In this document: positions 35,486 through 44,319 of the stretch, one piece after another
Layout: every line of letters begins with the position of its first letter
Position numbering within the stretch: the stretch's first letter is position 1
Source of the DNA: an uncultured virus (IMG/VR IMGVR_UViG_3300043419_001095)
Taxonomy: Duplodnaviria; Heunggongvirae; Uroviricota; Caudoviricetes
Length of the DNA: 64,000 nt
IMG/VR virus record: IMGVR_UViG_3300043419_001095
Direction: 5' to 3' (one strand)
Translations under genes and position numbers: made by a program
Notes under the pieces: generated by a model
What the model was told of the DNA's origin: nothing
Databases searched by the model: none
What the model saw: only the letters and a program-made list of their open reading frames with translations

Positions 35486-35635
35486 TCAGAAACAAGTGGT
35501 TGTACAGTGCCCACCGACGCAGCATGTGGTGCAGGTGACCATACGCCCGCCTTGGATGACGGTGTGGGTGGTGCAGCTGGCCCAGGCAGCGGTTGCAGCT
35601 GCGGCCAGGCCGATGGCGATAAGAGCTTTTTTCAT
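35486..35635 (-). CDS. secreted six-cysteine miniprotein (not in ORF track)
   Basis: MKKALIAIGLAAAATAAWA-SCTTHTVIQGGRMVTCTTCCVGGHCTTTCF; AAGGA RBS, ATGA overlap, A-x-A signal peptidase site. Confidence 0.8.
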   Translation of the reverse strand: MKKALIAIGLAAAATAAWASCTTHTVIQGGRMVTCTTCCVGGHCTTTCF

Positions 35636-36117
35636 GTGGTTTCCTTTTGGATTTGAACAATGGCGCGTGCCTTGCCCATGCGGATGATCCGCAAGACATA
35701 GTCGTGTGCCTTCTCGATGTCATGAACAGTGGCCTGCGCCAGCTGCTCCTCATGCAGGTCCATCACCAGCTTAAGCAGTTCCCACTGCTTGGCTGTCATG
35801 ATGAACCGCATCTTGTTGGCCACGCCCCGGCGCGAGAGCTCGAGCAGGGCGTCCTGCCCCTGCTTGATCTCGTCGAGCCAGTCCGAGCCCTTGCCCATGA
35901 TGGCCAGCGCTTCAGTGATGTTGAACGCGCCAATCAGCATGTCGATGTCTTCCTTGACCGCCTCGCCCTTGCGCAGCTGCTCAAGAGCAGTGCGGTTCTT
36001 GAGCTGGGCGCTCAGGTAGATGCCTGGCATATCGCGCACAGGCTTCAGGCCAGACAGGACAAAGTCCAGAGGGCTTTGAAGCACGGTGCGTGGCCGGTAT
36101 TTACTGCGTTTTCTCAT
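35632..36117 (-). CDS. conserved phage protein
   Basis: MRKRSKYRPR...LMDLHEEQL-type helical protein, 161 aa. Confidence 0.75.
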   Translation of the reverse strand: MRKRSKYRPRTVLQSPLDFVLSGLKPVRDMPGIYLSAQLKNRTALEQLRKGEAVKEDIDMLIGAFNITEALAIMGKGSDWLDEIKQGQDALLELSRRGVANKMRFIMTAKQWELLKLVMDLHEEQLAQATVHDIEKAHDYVLRIIRMGKARAIVQIQKETT

Positions 36118-36368
36118 GTTGCGCTGGAGATAACAAGAATCCCAAACACAAAAGCCAGCACCACCACGTAGGCGACGCTTACCACGCTGTACCTTGGCCG
36201 GTGCGTGCCCAGGAAGACGCCTTGAAAGAGCTCTGCGTCCTGGGACATGTCCATGGGCCGTGGCACGTGAGACACGCCAATCAACACCTTGCCGGTGTTG
36301 ACGTACCTACCGCTTGCGGCAAGTTCTCTGAAGACCTTATCGGTCCTTGGGTCGGGTAATTTAGTCAT
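36114..36368 (-). CDS. small protein with C-terminal TM helix
   Basis: YVNTGKVLIG; hydrophobic tail. Confidence 0.65.
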   Translation of the reverse strand: MTKLPDPRTDKVFRELAASGRYVNTGKVLIGVSHVPRPMDMSQDAELFQGVFLGTHRPRYSVVSVAYVVVLAFVFGILVISSAT

Positions 36369-36570
36369 TGCACTCTTTCTCCTTTCTGTGATTGCGAATT
36401 GATCTTAGCACAACTAAATGACTTGTCAACAACTCAACATTCTTTTCTGCATTTAACCATGCTTCACGCCACAATCGCTGGTCTTCAAGGCGCTGTGCAG
36501 ACGCTTCAAGCAGTTCTGCAATCGCGGGGTAAACATCTTTGATCGCGCGCAGTTCTTCGGTCAGCTTCAT
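36361..36570 (-). CDS. hypothetical protein
   Basis: 69 aa; contains an internal TTGACA-16 bp-TAAGAT promoter (36402-36429). Confidence 0.55.
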   Translation of the reverse strand: MKLTEELRAIKDVYPAIAELLEASAQRLEDQRLWREAWLNAEKNVELLTSHLVVLRSIRNHRKEKECND

Positions 36571-36575
36571 TTTCT

Positions 36576-36809
36576 TCAGTCGCCTTCGAAGTAGTGGTCC
36601 ACGATCTCATCTTCGAGCAGCATGATCTGCTCTTCGCTGAAGCTCTTGGTGATGTCCACCTGGCGGGGCTTGCCGCTCGGCCCGACGATGGTCAGCAGGG
36701 CCTTGGTGATGTCCAGCTGCGCGGGCAATTCCGTGCCTTCTACCACCATGGCCGGCAGCACTTCAAAAGTGAGTTCTACGGGGAACGTCATCTCGGTTTG
36801 ATATTTCAT
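36576..36809 (-). CDS. hypothetical protein
   Basis: Start MKYQTEMTFPV. Confidence 0.6.
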   Translation of the reverse strand: MKYQTEMTFPVELTFEVLPAMVVEGTELPAQLDITKALLTIVGPSGKPRQVDITKSFSEEQIMLLEDEIVDHYFEGD

Positions 36810-37182
36810 CTTGGGCTTTCTGTTTGGCTTTTTCTTTGTTGGCAGCAATGCGCTGCAGCGTGAGCGACTCTTCGTAGGCGTGATCAAACGCGGGGAGGAT
36901 GATGCTGTAGAGGTAATTGCCCATGCCGACCTTGTAGAAGGCTGCAACTTCCTTGAGCATGTAGTACGCCTCTTCAGGCACAGAGACGCTGATCCAGCGC
37001 TTACCCTCACGCTTAGAGGGAGATGCACGAACCGCGTCGTACCTGTCTTTCTTCGGGCGACCGCTCTTCCTTGGTCGGCCTCGCTTGCGCTTTGCGGCTG
37101 CTACACGTACCGATTGACGTGCGTATGGCTCTGGATAACCAGGCACAACTTGTTCTCTGATCTTCGGTGGTCTTCCAACCAT
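36763..37182 (-). CDS. AT-hook/ribbon-helix-helix-like DNA-binding protein
   Basis: GRPPK, RKRGRPRK and GRPKK hooks, then ISVSVPEEAYYMLKEVA; AAGGAG RBS. Confidence 0.7.
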   Translation of the reverse strand: MVGRPPKIREQVVPGYPEPYARQSVRVAAAKRKRGRPRKSGRPKKDRYDAVRASPSKREGKRWISVSVPEEAYYMLKEVAAFYKVGMGNYLYSIILPAFDHAYEESLTLQRIAANKEKAKQKAQDEISNRDDVPRRTHF

Positions 37183-37219
37183 GTAATTCTCCTTTCTTGT
37201 GGACTTTGCAGTGTATCGG

Positions 37220-37253
37220 AAAAAATGGGCCAGAGGCAATCCCCTGGCCCAAA
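37220..37253 (-). terminator. intrinsic terminator after polA
   Basis: TGGGCCAGGGG-ATTG-CCTCTGGCCCA-TTTTTT. Confidence 0.8.
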
Positions 37254-37299
37254 GTCGTTCTCGCAAAGAAAGGGGCAACTGCTGTTCACCCCGACTTCA

Positions 37300-39177
37300 T
37301 TATGCGGCTTCGCCCCAGCTTGGTCCAGTCTCCACATCCACTCGGGAGGGAACCTCTAGGGTCACGGCCTTGGCCATGATGTCTGCAGCCTCGCGTGCCT
37401 CGTCGATGTTGCGCACGGACAACGCCACCTCGTCGTGCACCTGCAGCAGCAGGTTAAAACCTGCCTTGCTCAGCGCCACCATGCCCGCTTTGGTCTGGTC
37501 TGCAGCCGAGCCCTGGATCAGGCGGTTCAGGCCCTTGTAGGTGCCCGCGCGCTTGATCCGTGAGCCGTATTCAATGACGGCCTGCTCACGCGGCAGCGCC
37601 TTGTTCACACCCCACTCCACCGGCTCCCAAAGCGGGAACCGGCACTTGCGGCCAAGCAGCGTGCGGATCGAGCCGCCAGAGGCCGGGTGGTCGATGCGCT
37701 TCATGACGGCGTCCACCGTGCCCTTGAGGAACGGGACCTTGCTGTGGAACGTGGCGATCAGCTCGCTGGCCTCGTCCAGGGGCAAGTCCAGGCTGTTGGC
37801 CAGCTTGGCCTTGCCCATGCCGTACATCAAGCCCAGGCCGATCGTCTTGGCAGCCTTGCGCTTAATGCCGGCCATGTCGGCGACCATCTGGTGGAAGTCC
37901 GTGTTCGGGTCGTCGCGGTAAGCCTTCGCCATCTTCTCTGCGCCTGGCAGGTCCAAAAGCGTGGCATAGTGCACCAACAAGCGCGGCTCCTGCGAGGAGA
38001 AGTCGTTCGCCGCCCAAAGCTGGCCCTCTTCGGGCAGGAACAGGCCCCGCACCATCGGGCCGATGATCTCGTGGCGCGCGGGCACTTGCTGGAGGTTTGG
38101 GCTGGCCGCAGACAAGCGACCCGTGACCGTGCCACCGTCCTCGTTGCGCATCTGGTTGAAGTGGGTGTGGATGCGCCCGTCCTTGGCACTGTGCTTGAGG
38201 TACGGCTCCAAGAACGTGCCGTGGGTCTTGTTCAGCTCACGGGCCTCCAGGATCATCTTGGCCATGGGATGCTCATGCGTGTCCAGGAAGCTCTTGGTGA
38301 AGCTCGGCGCGCCAGCAGCTGTCTTGGGGTACTGGATGGCCAGTCGGTCGAACGCAGTGGCAATGGACTGCGCAGCCCAAATGTCCACCTGCATTCCAGC
38401 CTGCTCCTTCAGGTACTTCAGGATTGCTGTCTCCTTCTTGCGCATCTCAGCCATGTGGCGCTCGCAATTGGCGCGATCAAAGTTGATGCCCTTGAGGGTG
38501 ATGTCCACCAGCACAGGCAGCACCTCGGTTTCGAGCTTGAACACCGACTCCACTTCATCGTTGCGCATGAGCGCCTTGAAGTGATGCCACAGCTTCAGGG
38601 TCAGCGCTGCGTCCTGCTCGGCGTAATCGCCCACATGCATGGCAGGCAGCTTCCACAGCTCCTTCTTGGGGTGCACGCCAAAGTCCTGCGCCGACTCCTT
38701 GAGACCCTGCTCAGACTTGATCTCCTTGAGGTAGTCAAAGCCCAGGCTGTTGAGGCTGTAGGAAAAGCGGTTTTCGTCCAGCACTGGCGCGGCCAGCATG
38801 GTGTCGTAGATCGTGCCGTTTACTTCGAATCCCGTGGCCCGCAGCCATCCGAGGTCGTAGGCGGCGTTGTGCATGATCTTGTCTGCAGGCGTTGCAAGAA
38901 CATCTCGAATCCAGCGTTCAACAATACGCCGATCAAGGTTGCCCCCGCCGCCATGAGCAACAGGATAATAGCCGGCCCAACCGTCCACGGCGATAGCATA
39001 GCCCACGATGAAGCCGTCATTACGAGGCCAACCAGGGCCCAGGCTCTCCATGTTGGGGTCGCAGGTTTCGAGGTCAATTGCAATCTCCTTGGCTTCGCTC
39101 AGGTTGGGGAATGTCTGTGGGGGCAGCCATTCGGAAATCCGAGGGAACATAGACATGGTCTTGGTATCGCGCTTCAT
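37300..39177 (-). CDS. polA: family A DNA polymerase (3'-5' exonuclease plus polymerase)
   Basis: Exo DLET, HNAAYD, YAEQDA; TGRLS, motif A DFSSQEPR, motif B RKAAKTIGLGLMYG, motif C LQVHDE. Confidence 0.95.
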   Translation of the reverse strand: MKRDTKTMSMFPRISEWLPPQTFPNLSEAKEIAIDLETCDPNMESLGPGWPRNDGFIVGYAIAVDGWAGYYPVAHGGGGNLDRRIVERWIRDVLATPADKIMHNAAYDLGWLRATGFEVNGTIYDTMLAAPVLDENRFSYSLNSLGFDYLKEIKSEQGLKESAQDFGVHPKKELWKLPAMHVGDYAEQDAALTLKLWHHFKALMRNDEVESVFKLETEVLPVLVDITLKGINFDRANCERHMAEMRKKETAILKYLKEQAGMQVDIWAAQSIATAFDRLAIQYPKTAAGAPSFTKSFLDTHEHPMAKMILEARELNKTHGTFLEPYLKHSAKDGRIHTHFNQMRNEDGGTVTGRLSAASPNLQQVPARHEIIGPMVRGLFLPEEGQLWAANDFSSQEPRLLVHYATLLDLPGAEKMAKAYRDDPNTDFHQMVADMAGIKRKAAKTIGLGLMYGMGKAKLANSLDLPLDEASELIATFHSKVPFLKGTVDAVMKRIDHPASGGSIRTLLGRKCRFPLWEPVEWGVNKALPREQAVIEYGSRIKRAGTYKGLNRLIQGSAADQTKAGMVALSKAGFNLLLQVHDEVALSVRNIDEAREAADIMAKAVTLEVPSRVDVETGPSWGEAA

Positions 39178-40673
39178 AGTCGGAAGCCTTTCTGTTCATT
39201 CTTTGGCAGCACGATGTGCAGCGATTGTTTGGCGCGGGTGATGCCCACGTACAGCAGACGATTGATGTCGTCTGAATTCTTTTCGTAGTCCTTTGCAAAG
39301 CGCGTGGACAGGTCAGACAGCAGCAGCACGTTGTCTGCCTCGCCGCCCTTGGCTCCGTGGATCGTGGACAGCTTGATGGGCACGTGGCCCGTGAGCTTTG
39401 TGTTGCGGCGCAGGAGCGATACCAGGTAGTCCCGGCGGTCCGCGCTGATCTTGGTCAGCACCTTGTGCCAGATTTCCTCTGAAAGAAGTCCGTGCTTTTC
39501 TTTCAGGAGAAAGAGTGTGTACATACTATTTGGGTCGGCCGTGCGCAGCATCTTGTGGCCGTGCTTGATGTAGTCGCCGTCCAGGTACTTGTAGATCAGC
39601 TTGACGACGGGGAACGGCACCTCGCCGCCCTTACGTAGCTTCTCCCAGCCCAGCACCGCGACCAGGATGTTTTCGCTCACGCTGCGTTGTCCGTGGCGCT
39701 CGAACAGCAGGCCCTGGCTCTTGATCCAGTCGTGCATGTCCGTGAGCATGTAGTTGGTGCTGGCCAGGATGAGCCAGTTGCCGTGGCTGATGTCAACCTG
39801 CTGGAAGTCGTTGTAGTAGTTGATGCTGCCCACCTCTTCGCGCGCCTTCCAGGCCTTGGGCTGGCGGTGCTTGATGCGGGTGACCACCTTGTTGGCTAGG
39901 GCGTGGATTTTGGCGGGGACTCGGTAAGACTGGTCAAGGACTTTGACATCACCTGTAAACCCCAGGAAACTTGCGACGTCGGCTCCAGCCCAAGTGTAAA
40001 CAGCCTGGTCGTCGTCGCCTGCCAGAAAGCAGCGCTGGGCTCGCAACGCGAGTTGCTCGACCAGCCTCCATTGCAAACGTGACAAGTCTTGCGCCTCGTC
40101 GATGATCAGGGCCTCCAGCTTGGGCAGGCGCTCGGGCTCCAGGAGCACGTGCTCCAGAAGGTCGGTGAAGTCCAGCAGGTTGCGCGACACCTTGTAGTGT
40201 CGGTAAGCCCGCTCGACATACTCGAAGTGATACCACTCGATGTCCATCTTGGACTGGTTGTAGTGGGTCTTGAGGTCCACGCCCCGGATGCGGGCGATGT
40301 TGATCTCGTTGAGGATGGGGTTGTCGGCCTTGACCGCGAACTCTTCATCGCCGCTTTCGATGGCCAGCTCAATGCCGGCCTCCTGGGCGAACTCGCGGTA
40401 GTGCTCTGGCGACATCATGTCCTTGGTGCTGATGCCAAGGCACCGGTAGGCCAGGCTGTGCAGCGTGCGAAAGAACGGGAAGTCGGTCTCGGGGTGCAGG
40501 TGCGGGAACTTCTGAATGGCCCTATCGCGTGCTTCAGTAGCCGCCTTCTTGGTGAAAGCAAAGTAGCCGATCTTCATCGGGTGCACGTTGTTGGCCAGCT
40601 CGGTCTCAACGATGCTCAGGAGGTAGGTGGTCTTGCCGGACCCCGGAGGCCCGAACACTTTGGTGATGTTCAT
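39174..40673 (-). CDS. UvrD/Rep-like superfamily 1 helicase
   Basis: GPPGSGKT, IIDEAQD, GDDDQA, STIHGAKGGE, YVGITRA. Confidence 0.92.
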   Translation of the reverse strand: MNITKVFGPPGSGKTTYLLSIVETELANNVHPMKIGYFAFTKKAATEARDRAIQKFPHLHPETDFPFFRTLHSLAYRCLGISTKDMMSPEHYREFAQEAGIELAIESGDEEFAVKADNPILNEINIARIRGVDLKTHYNQSKMDIEWYHFEYVERAYRHYKVSRNLLDFTDLLEHVLLEPERLPKLEALIIDEAQDLSRLQWRLVEQLALRAQRCFLAGDDDQAVYTWAGADVASFLGFTGDVKVLDQSYRVPAKIHALANKVVTRIKHRQPKAWKAREEVGSINYYNDFQQVDISHGNWLILASTNYMLTDMHDWIKSQGLLFERHGQRSVSENILVAVLGWEKLRKGGEVPFPVVKLIYKYLDGDYIKHGHKMLRTADPNSMYTLFLLKEKHGLLSEEIWHKVLTKISADRRDYLVSLLRRNTKLTGHVPIKLSTIHGAKGGEADNVLLLSDLSTRFAKDYEKNSDDINRLLYVGITRAKQSLHIVLPKNEQKGFRL

Positions 40674-40918
40674 TCGTCATCTCCCTCGTCCCACATGTCG
40701 TATGGCCAGACCAGCACGGGAGTGCCCTCACCAACGTATGCCCCTTCGATGTTGAACTCGATGTACTCACGTGCATCGTCAAAGGCCATAGCGTCACGTG
40801 TCACCAGTGTGTTGCGGATTACTTCCGCGTCGTACACCAGGACGCTCACCATAGTGTTGTTTCGCCAGATCAGGGCAGGCCCGATGATCGCGTCGTCATG
40901 TCCGTCAATCTTCAACAT
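40670..40918 (-). CDS. conserved small acidic protein
   Basis: MLKIDGHDDAIIG...AREYIEFNIEGAYVGEGTP. Confidence 0.75.
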   Translation of the reverse strand: MLKIDGHDDAIIGPALIWRNNTMVSVLVYDAEVIRNTLVTRDAMAFDDAREYIEFNIEGAYVGEGTPVLVWPYDMWDEGDDE

Positions 40919-42450
40919 CAGAATGGGCTCCTTTGAGTGCGTTGTTCGGGGGTCTCGAACGGTGCGTCTTGGCGGCTGAAGCGTGGAATGCGCCAGCACC
41001 GTGCTGCGCGGTTCTTGAGAAAGAGGCTGATGGGCTCGCCACCCAGATCGCGAATGCGCTGGGCCATCTTTGGATGCGTCATGCCCTTGAAGTTGTTGCG
41101 CACCAGGTGCGCCTCCAGGTCCTTCATGCGGAAGTAGGTCTTGGCCTCTTCGTCGTCCGTCCATGGGCGGCCCATGAGGATTTCGTCGCGGTCCATTGCC
41201 TGCTGCAGGTGTGTGCAGAACTCTTCGAGCAAGTCATTGAAGCGGCCGGTGATGCTCGTGTCTTCGCTGGCCTCGGTGATCTGCTCGGTCTCCACCATCT
41301 CTTTGAGCAGTGCATTGAGCAGTTGCTCCCAGTCTTGCTTACGCAGTGTGGGAGGCAGGAGGTTGAGCTTCTCGACGCAGGCCTTCTGGAATGCGGCCTG
41401 TGCAAACAGGCTCTCGGTGTCGAGCTCGATGCGCTTGCCGTTGATGTCGAGGAACCACAGCGGCGGCTCGGAGTTGTACTTGGACAGCGAGGACATCTGC
41501 GGGGAGTCAGGCCCGTGGGCCCCGATCCCGTGTTTGCGTGTCCTGCAAAGGCCGCTGTTGCAAAAGCTGTTGAGCGGCGCGTCCTTGCACTTGTAGCGAT
41601 AGTCTTTCTTGTGCAGCTGCTTGACCAGAATCTGGACTTCGTTGTTGGGCAGCGGCGGCGAGACATACTTGAGGTTGTGCTCTACCAGGGCGTCGTCCCA
41701 GTGTATGGGGATGACTTTTTTGAGGTAGATGCCGATGTTGAAGAGGGCGTTGTTGCGCGTGCCCTCTGGTACGCCTTGGGCGCACAGCGCCTGCAGGCAG
41801 GGCGGGCCGTCCTTGATTGGGTGATCAGGTTCCTTCGGCTCCTCTGGATACTTGAGGTCAGGGCCCTGGACCCATTGCTCGTACAGCTCGTAGAACTCTT
41901 CGAGCGTCGCAGCCGAGCCATCATCTTTGATGGCGTAGCGCGTGGTCATGTCCCCGCCGAAGTACGGCAGATTCAGGAAGTTGCCCGTGTCGCCACGGTC
42001 AACCAGGATTTCAGCTTGCTTGGGGAATATCTCGCGGCCTGCTTCGCCCAGCAGGGCAGCGCAAGCCTTGAGAAACCGCTGCATCTCAGCAGCGGGTATG
42101 GGTTCTCGGGTGAACAGGAAGACGTGCGCGCCACCAGACTTGCTGCGGCACACCACCACCGGGAGCTCGAGGCTCCTTACCTTTTTGATGAGGCCAACGT
42201 GGTCCAGTGGATACTGGTCAATGTCAATACAGCCCCAGATACAGGAGTTATCCGCCCGGATCGGGATAATTCCCAGACTCGGCTCAACGCCCTCAAGGTG
42301 TTTGGTCCACAAGTCGTCAGTCGGTGGCTTGCGCACCACGACGGCCTTGCCTGCCTGTTTCCCGTCTCCTCGGGATGATTCAATTTTGTATGTTCCATAG
42401 GCGATGTCCAGGCCGGAAAAAATCGCTTTGAACCTGGTGATGTCGGTCAT
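40918..42450 (-). CDS. primase-polymerase (AEP superfamily) with PriCT-like domain
   Basis: CIDID, RSKSGGAH, EIFPKQ...GNFLNLPY, GPPCL...EGTRNNALF. Confidence 0.85.
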   Translation of the reverse strand: MTDITRFKAIFSGLDIAYGTYKIESSRGDGKQAGKAVVVRKPPTDDLWTKHLEGVEPSLGIIPIRADNSCIWGCIDIDQYPLDHVGLIKKVRSLELPVVVCRSKSGGAHVFLFTREPIPAAEMQRFLKACAALLGEAGREIFPKQAEILVDRGDTGNFLNLPYFGGDMTTRYAIKDDGSAATLEEFYELYEQWVQGPDLKYPEEPKEPDHPIKDGPPCLQALCAQGVPEGTRNNALFNIGIYLKKVIPIHWDDALVEHNLKYVSPPLPNNEVQILVKQLHKKDYRYKCKDAPLNSFCNSGLCRTRKHGIGAHGPDSPQMSSLSKYNSEPPLWFLDINGKRIELDTESLFAQAAFQKACVEKLNLLPPTLRKQDWEQLLNALLKEMVETEQITEASEDTSITGRFNDLLEEFCTHLQQAMDRDEILMGRPWTDDEEAKTYFRMKDLEAHLVRNNFKGMTHPKMAQRIRDLGGEPISLFLKNRAARCWRIPRFSRQDAPFETPEQRTQRSPF

Positions 42451-42469
42451 TTCTTCTTTCTAGTGAGGT

Positions 42470-42564
42470 GGGGCCTACTCAAGCCGGAAGGGGTACCCGA
42501 AGATTGCCAGCCAGGAGCTACCTGGCGTGCAACAACTATCAGTCTCCCGAACATTTTCGGCCCC
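42470..42564 (-). ncRNA. candidate structured leader upstream of primase
   Basis: GGGGCC/GGCCCC closing stem flanked by GAA/AGUA (loop-E-like); inner CGGGAG/CUUCCG and GCCAGG/CCUGGC stems. Confidence 0.4.
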
Positions 42565-42569
42565 GAAAA

Positions 42570-43343
42570 TCAGAATGGTGCTGGACCGTTGCCGGATGCT
42601 CCAGACTCGCTTTCGTGTTTCACTTTCACGTCACCCGCACTGACCGATTGTGCGAATGCTTTGGCTGCATTGTAAATGTCGCTGCTCTCGACAGGGCCGA
42701 GGCGCTCGATCTCCCAGCCAAACCACTTGCCCTTGTCGTTGGACTCGCCAACGGTGGTGAGCTGGTAAAGCTGGCTGTACATCGGAGGGGTGAACAGGCC
42801 GTTCTTGCCCTGCAGCTTGACTGACTGCATCATGGAGTTCCACTTGCGGCTCTTCTTGAGCTGCGTGGACTTCATGGTAATCAGAGCAGGCTCAGGCACG
42901 CCGTCCTGGCTGACCAACATCACGTAGTAGTTGGCCGTGTTCTCGATGTAGTTGCCATTGTCCAGGTAGTCCTTGTTGTCGCCAGGCTCTTTGTGAGTCT
43001 GCGACAGGATGTCGCTGGTTGCAGGATAGATATGCACAGGTGCACCGCTGCCTTGGCCGCGTGGGGCCCACTCGATGTACTGGCGCACATAGGCGCATGG
43101 CACAACGGTGATGCCTTTCTTGCCGTCAAACAGCTCACCCGTAACGGAGTTGAGAACCATGCCCGGAAGAGCACCGTCAACTTCGCCAACTTCAGGGCTG
43201 GTGCTGGTCAGCAGGCGCAGGAAAGGCAATGCATAGTCTTCCTGTGTCATGCCGTCAAAGCCGGCTCCAGCGTCCTGTTCCAGGTCGCTCATGATCGCCA
43301 GTGCGGTGCTGGCAGTCTTTTCCGCGATTTCGTTCTTAGCCAT
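42570..43343 (-). CDS. single-stranded DNA-binding/annealing protein (putative)
   Basis: LPFLRLL...YIEWAPR...MKSTQLKKSRKWN...KGKWFGW and C-terminal APF; replication context. Confidence 0.7.
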   Translation of the reverse strand: MAKNEIAEKTASTALAIMSDLEQDAGAGFDGMTQEDYALPFLRLLTSTSPEVGEVDGALPGMVLNSVTGELFDGKKGITVVPCAYVRQYIEWAPRGQGSGAPVHIYPATSDILSQTHKEPGDNKDYLDNGNYIENTANYYVMLVSQDGVPEPALITMKSTQLKKSRKWNSMMQSVKLQGKNGLFTPPMYSQLYQLTTVGESNDKGKWFGWEIERLGPVESSDIYNAAKAFAQSVSAGDVKVKHESESGASGNGPAPF

Positions 43344-43360
43344 GATTCGTGTTCCTTGTT

Positions 43361-43915
43361 TCAAGTTGATTTGATGACAGCCTTTTGGCCAATGAATACG
43401 CCAAAAAGCTCAGTGTCGACGGGCTCACCCTTCTCGACACGTTCCTTAACCCAGGCCTTGAGGGTCTGGGGCTCTATCTTCTGTGCTTGCTCGGCAGGGT
43501 AGCCTTGCTCGCCCAGGAGATTCAGTAGACGAACAGAGAGCTCGTCTTCACCGCGTCCAAAGCGAACGCTGATGGTGTTCTTAATGATGTCGTCAAAACC
43601 ATGGTCGCGCAGCCACTGGTAGGCTTCGGACTGGCGCGCCTTTGGAATGCTCGCTCCGTAGAACGGCTTGATGTCAATGCTGCTGCCATCTTCCATGACG
43701 AATTTCTTCATCCCAGTCTCGGCCATGGCCTCTGGGATAGTCTGCTCGGTGAGCTTGCGGTACTGCTCATTGCGCTCAGACAGAGTCTCCTCCATCTCTG
43801 CGATTTCCTTTTCGAGCATCTTGGCACGCTTGGCCAGGCCAGCAATACCAGTCACCTGCTCGTCAGATACCTTCAACGCACCTGCGTCATCTTCAAATAA
43901 ATTCGTAAGACTCAT
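43361..43915 (-). CDS. conserved replication-module protein
   Basis: IPEAM...WLRDHGFDDIIKN...IEPQTLKAWVKE. Confidence 0.75.
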   Translation of the reverse strand: MSLTNLFEDDAGALKVSDEQVTGIAGLAKRAKMLEKEIAEMEETLSERNEQYRKLTEQTIPEAMAETGMKKFVMEDGSSIDIKPFYGASIPKARQSEAYQWLRDHGFDDIIKNTISVRFGRGEDELSVRLLNLLGEQGYPAEQAQKIEPQTLKAWVKERVEKGEPVDTELFGVFIGQKAVIKST

Positions 43916-44237
43916 CACTTTCTCCTTTCTTGAACAAATCAACCTCCAGCGGAATGTAGCGACGCTCGCGCTTGTCCCACTTGAGGCACTTAAAACGACC
44001 GCTGTTTTTTGCGGCCGCTACTGCACAGGTGATACCTATGGCAGACGGGTCACCAATGAGGAGCAAGAAGTCCTCGTCAGTAAATTTCTCCAACTTGCGC
44101 TGAATGCGGCGGACTGTCGGTACAACAGAGAATGCTATCTGCGCGTTGGGCGGCAAAATAGTTTCGATCTGGCCATAGTCCAGAGCGCTTGCGATGTTGT
44201 GTTGCGTAGTCTCTGAGACGACGTAAACCTTGGGCAC
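43893..44237 (-). CDS. conserved hypothetical protein
   Basis: GTG start with AAGGAG RBS; DFLLLIGDP...LKWDK...Y. Confidence 0.75.
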   Translation of the reverse strand: MPKVYVVSETTQHNIASALDYGQIETILPPNAQIAFSVVPTVRRIQRKLEKFTDEDFLLLIGDPSAIGITCAVAAAKNSGRFKCLKWDKRERRYIPLEVDLFKKGESDESYEFI

Positions 44238-44319
44238 GTGAATTTCTCCTTTCTGAATTCGAACAGGCAGTGTACACTATCTTTTCAGGGCTTTGCAACC
44301 CCCTGCCAGAAAGATATAC

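Noticed and set aside
37252..37297. Small three-way fold (AAGTCG/CGACTT closing stem) after polA
   Set aside because: Stems are short and adjacent to a terminator; not distinguishable from chance without homologues.
37687..39288. 533-aa plus-strand ORF and similar long antisense ORFs (40933-42378, 52249-53943, 18277-19827, 44566-45630)
   Set aside because: Shadow frames of GC3-rich genes; no motifs or RBS, and they lie opposite clear genes.
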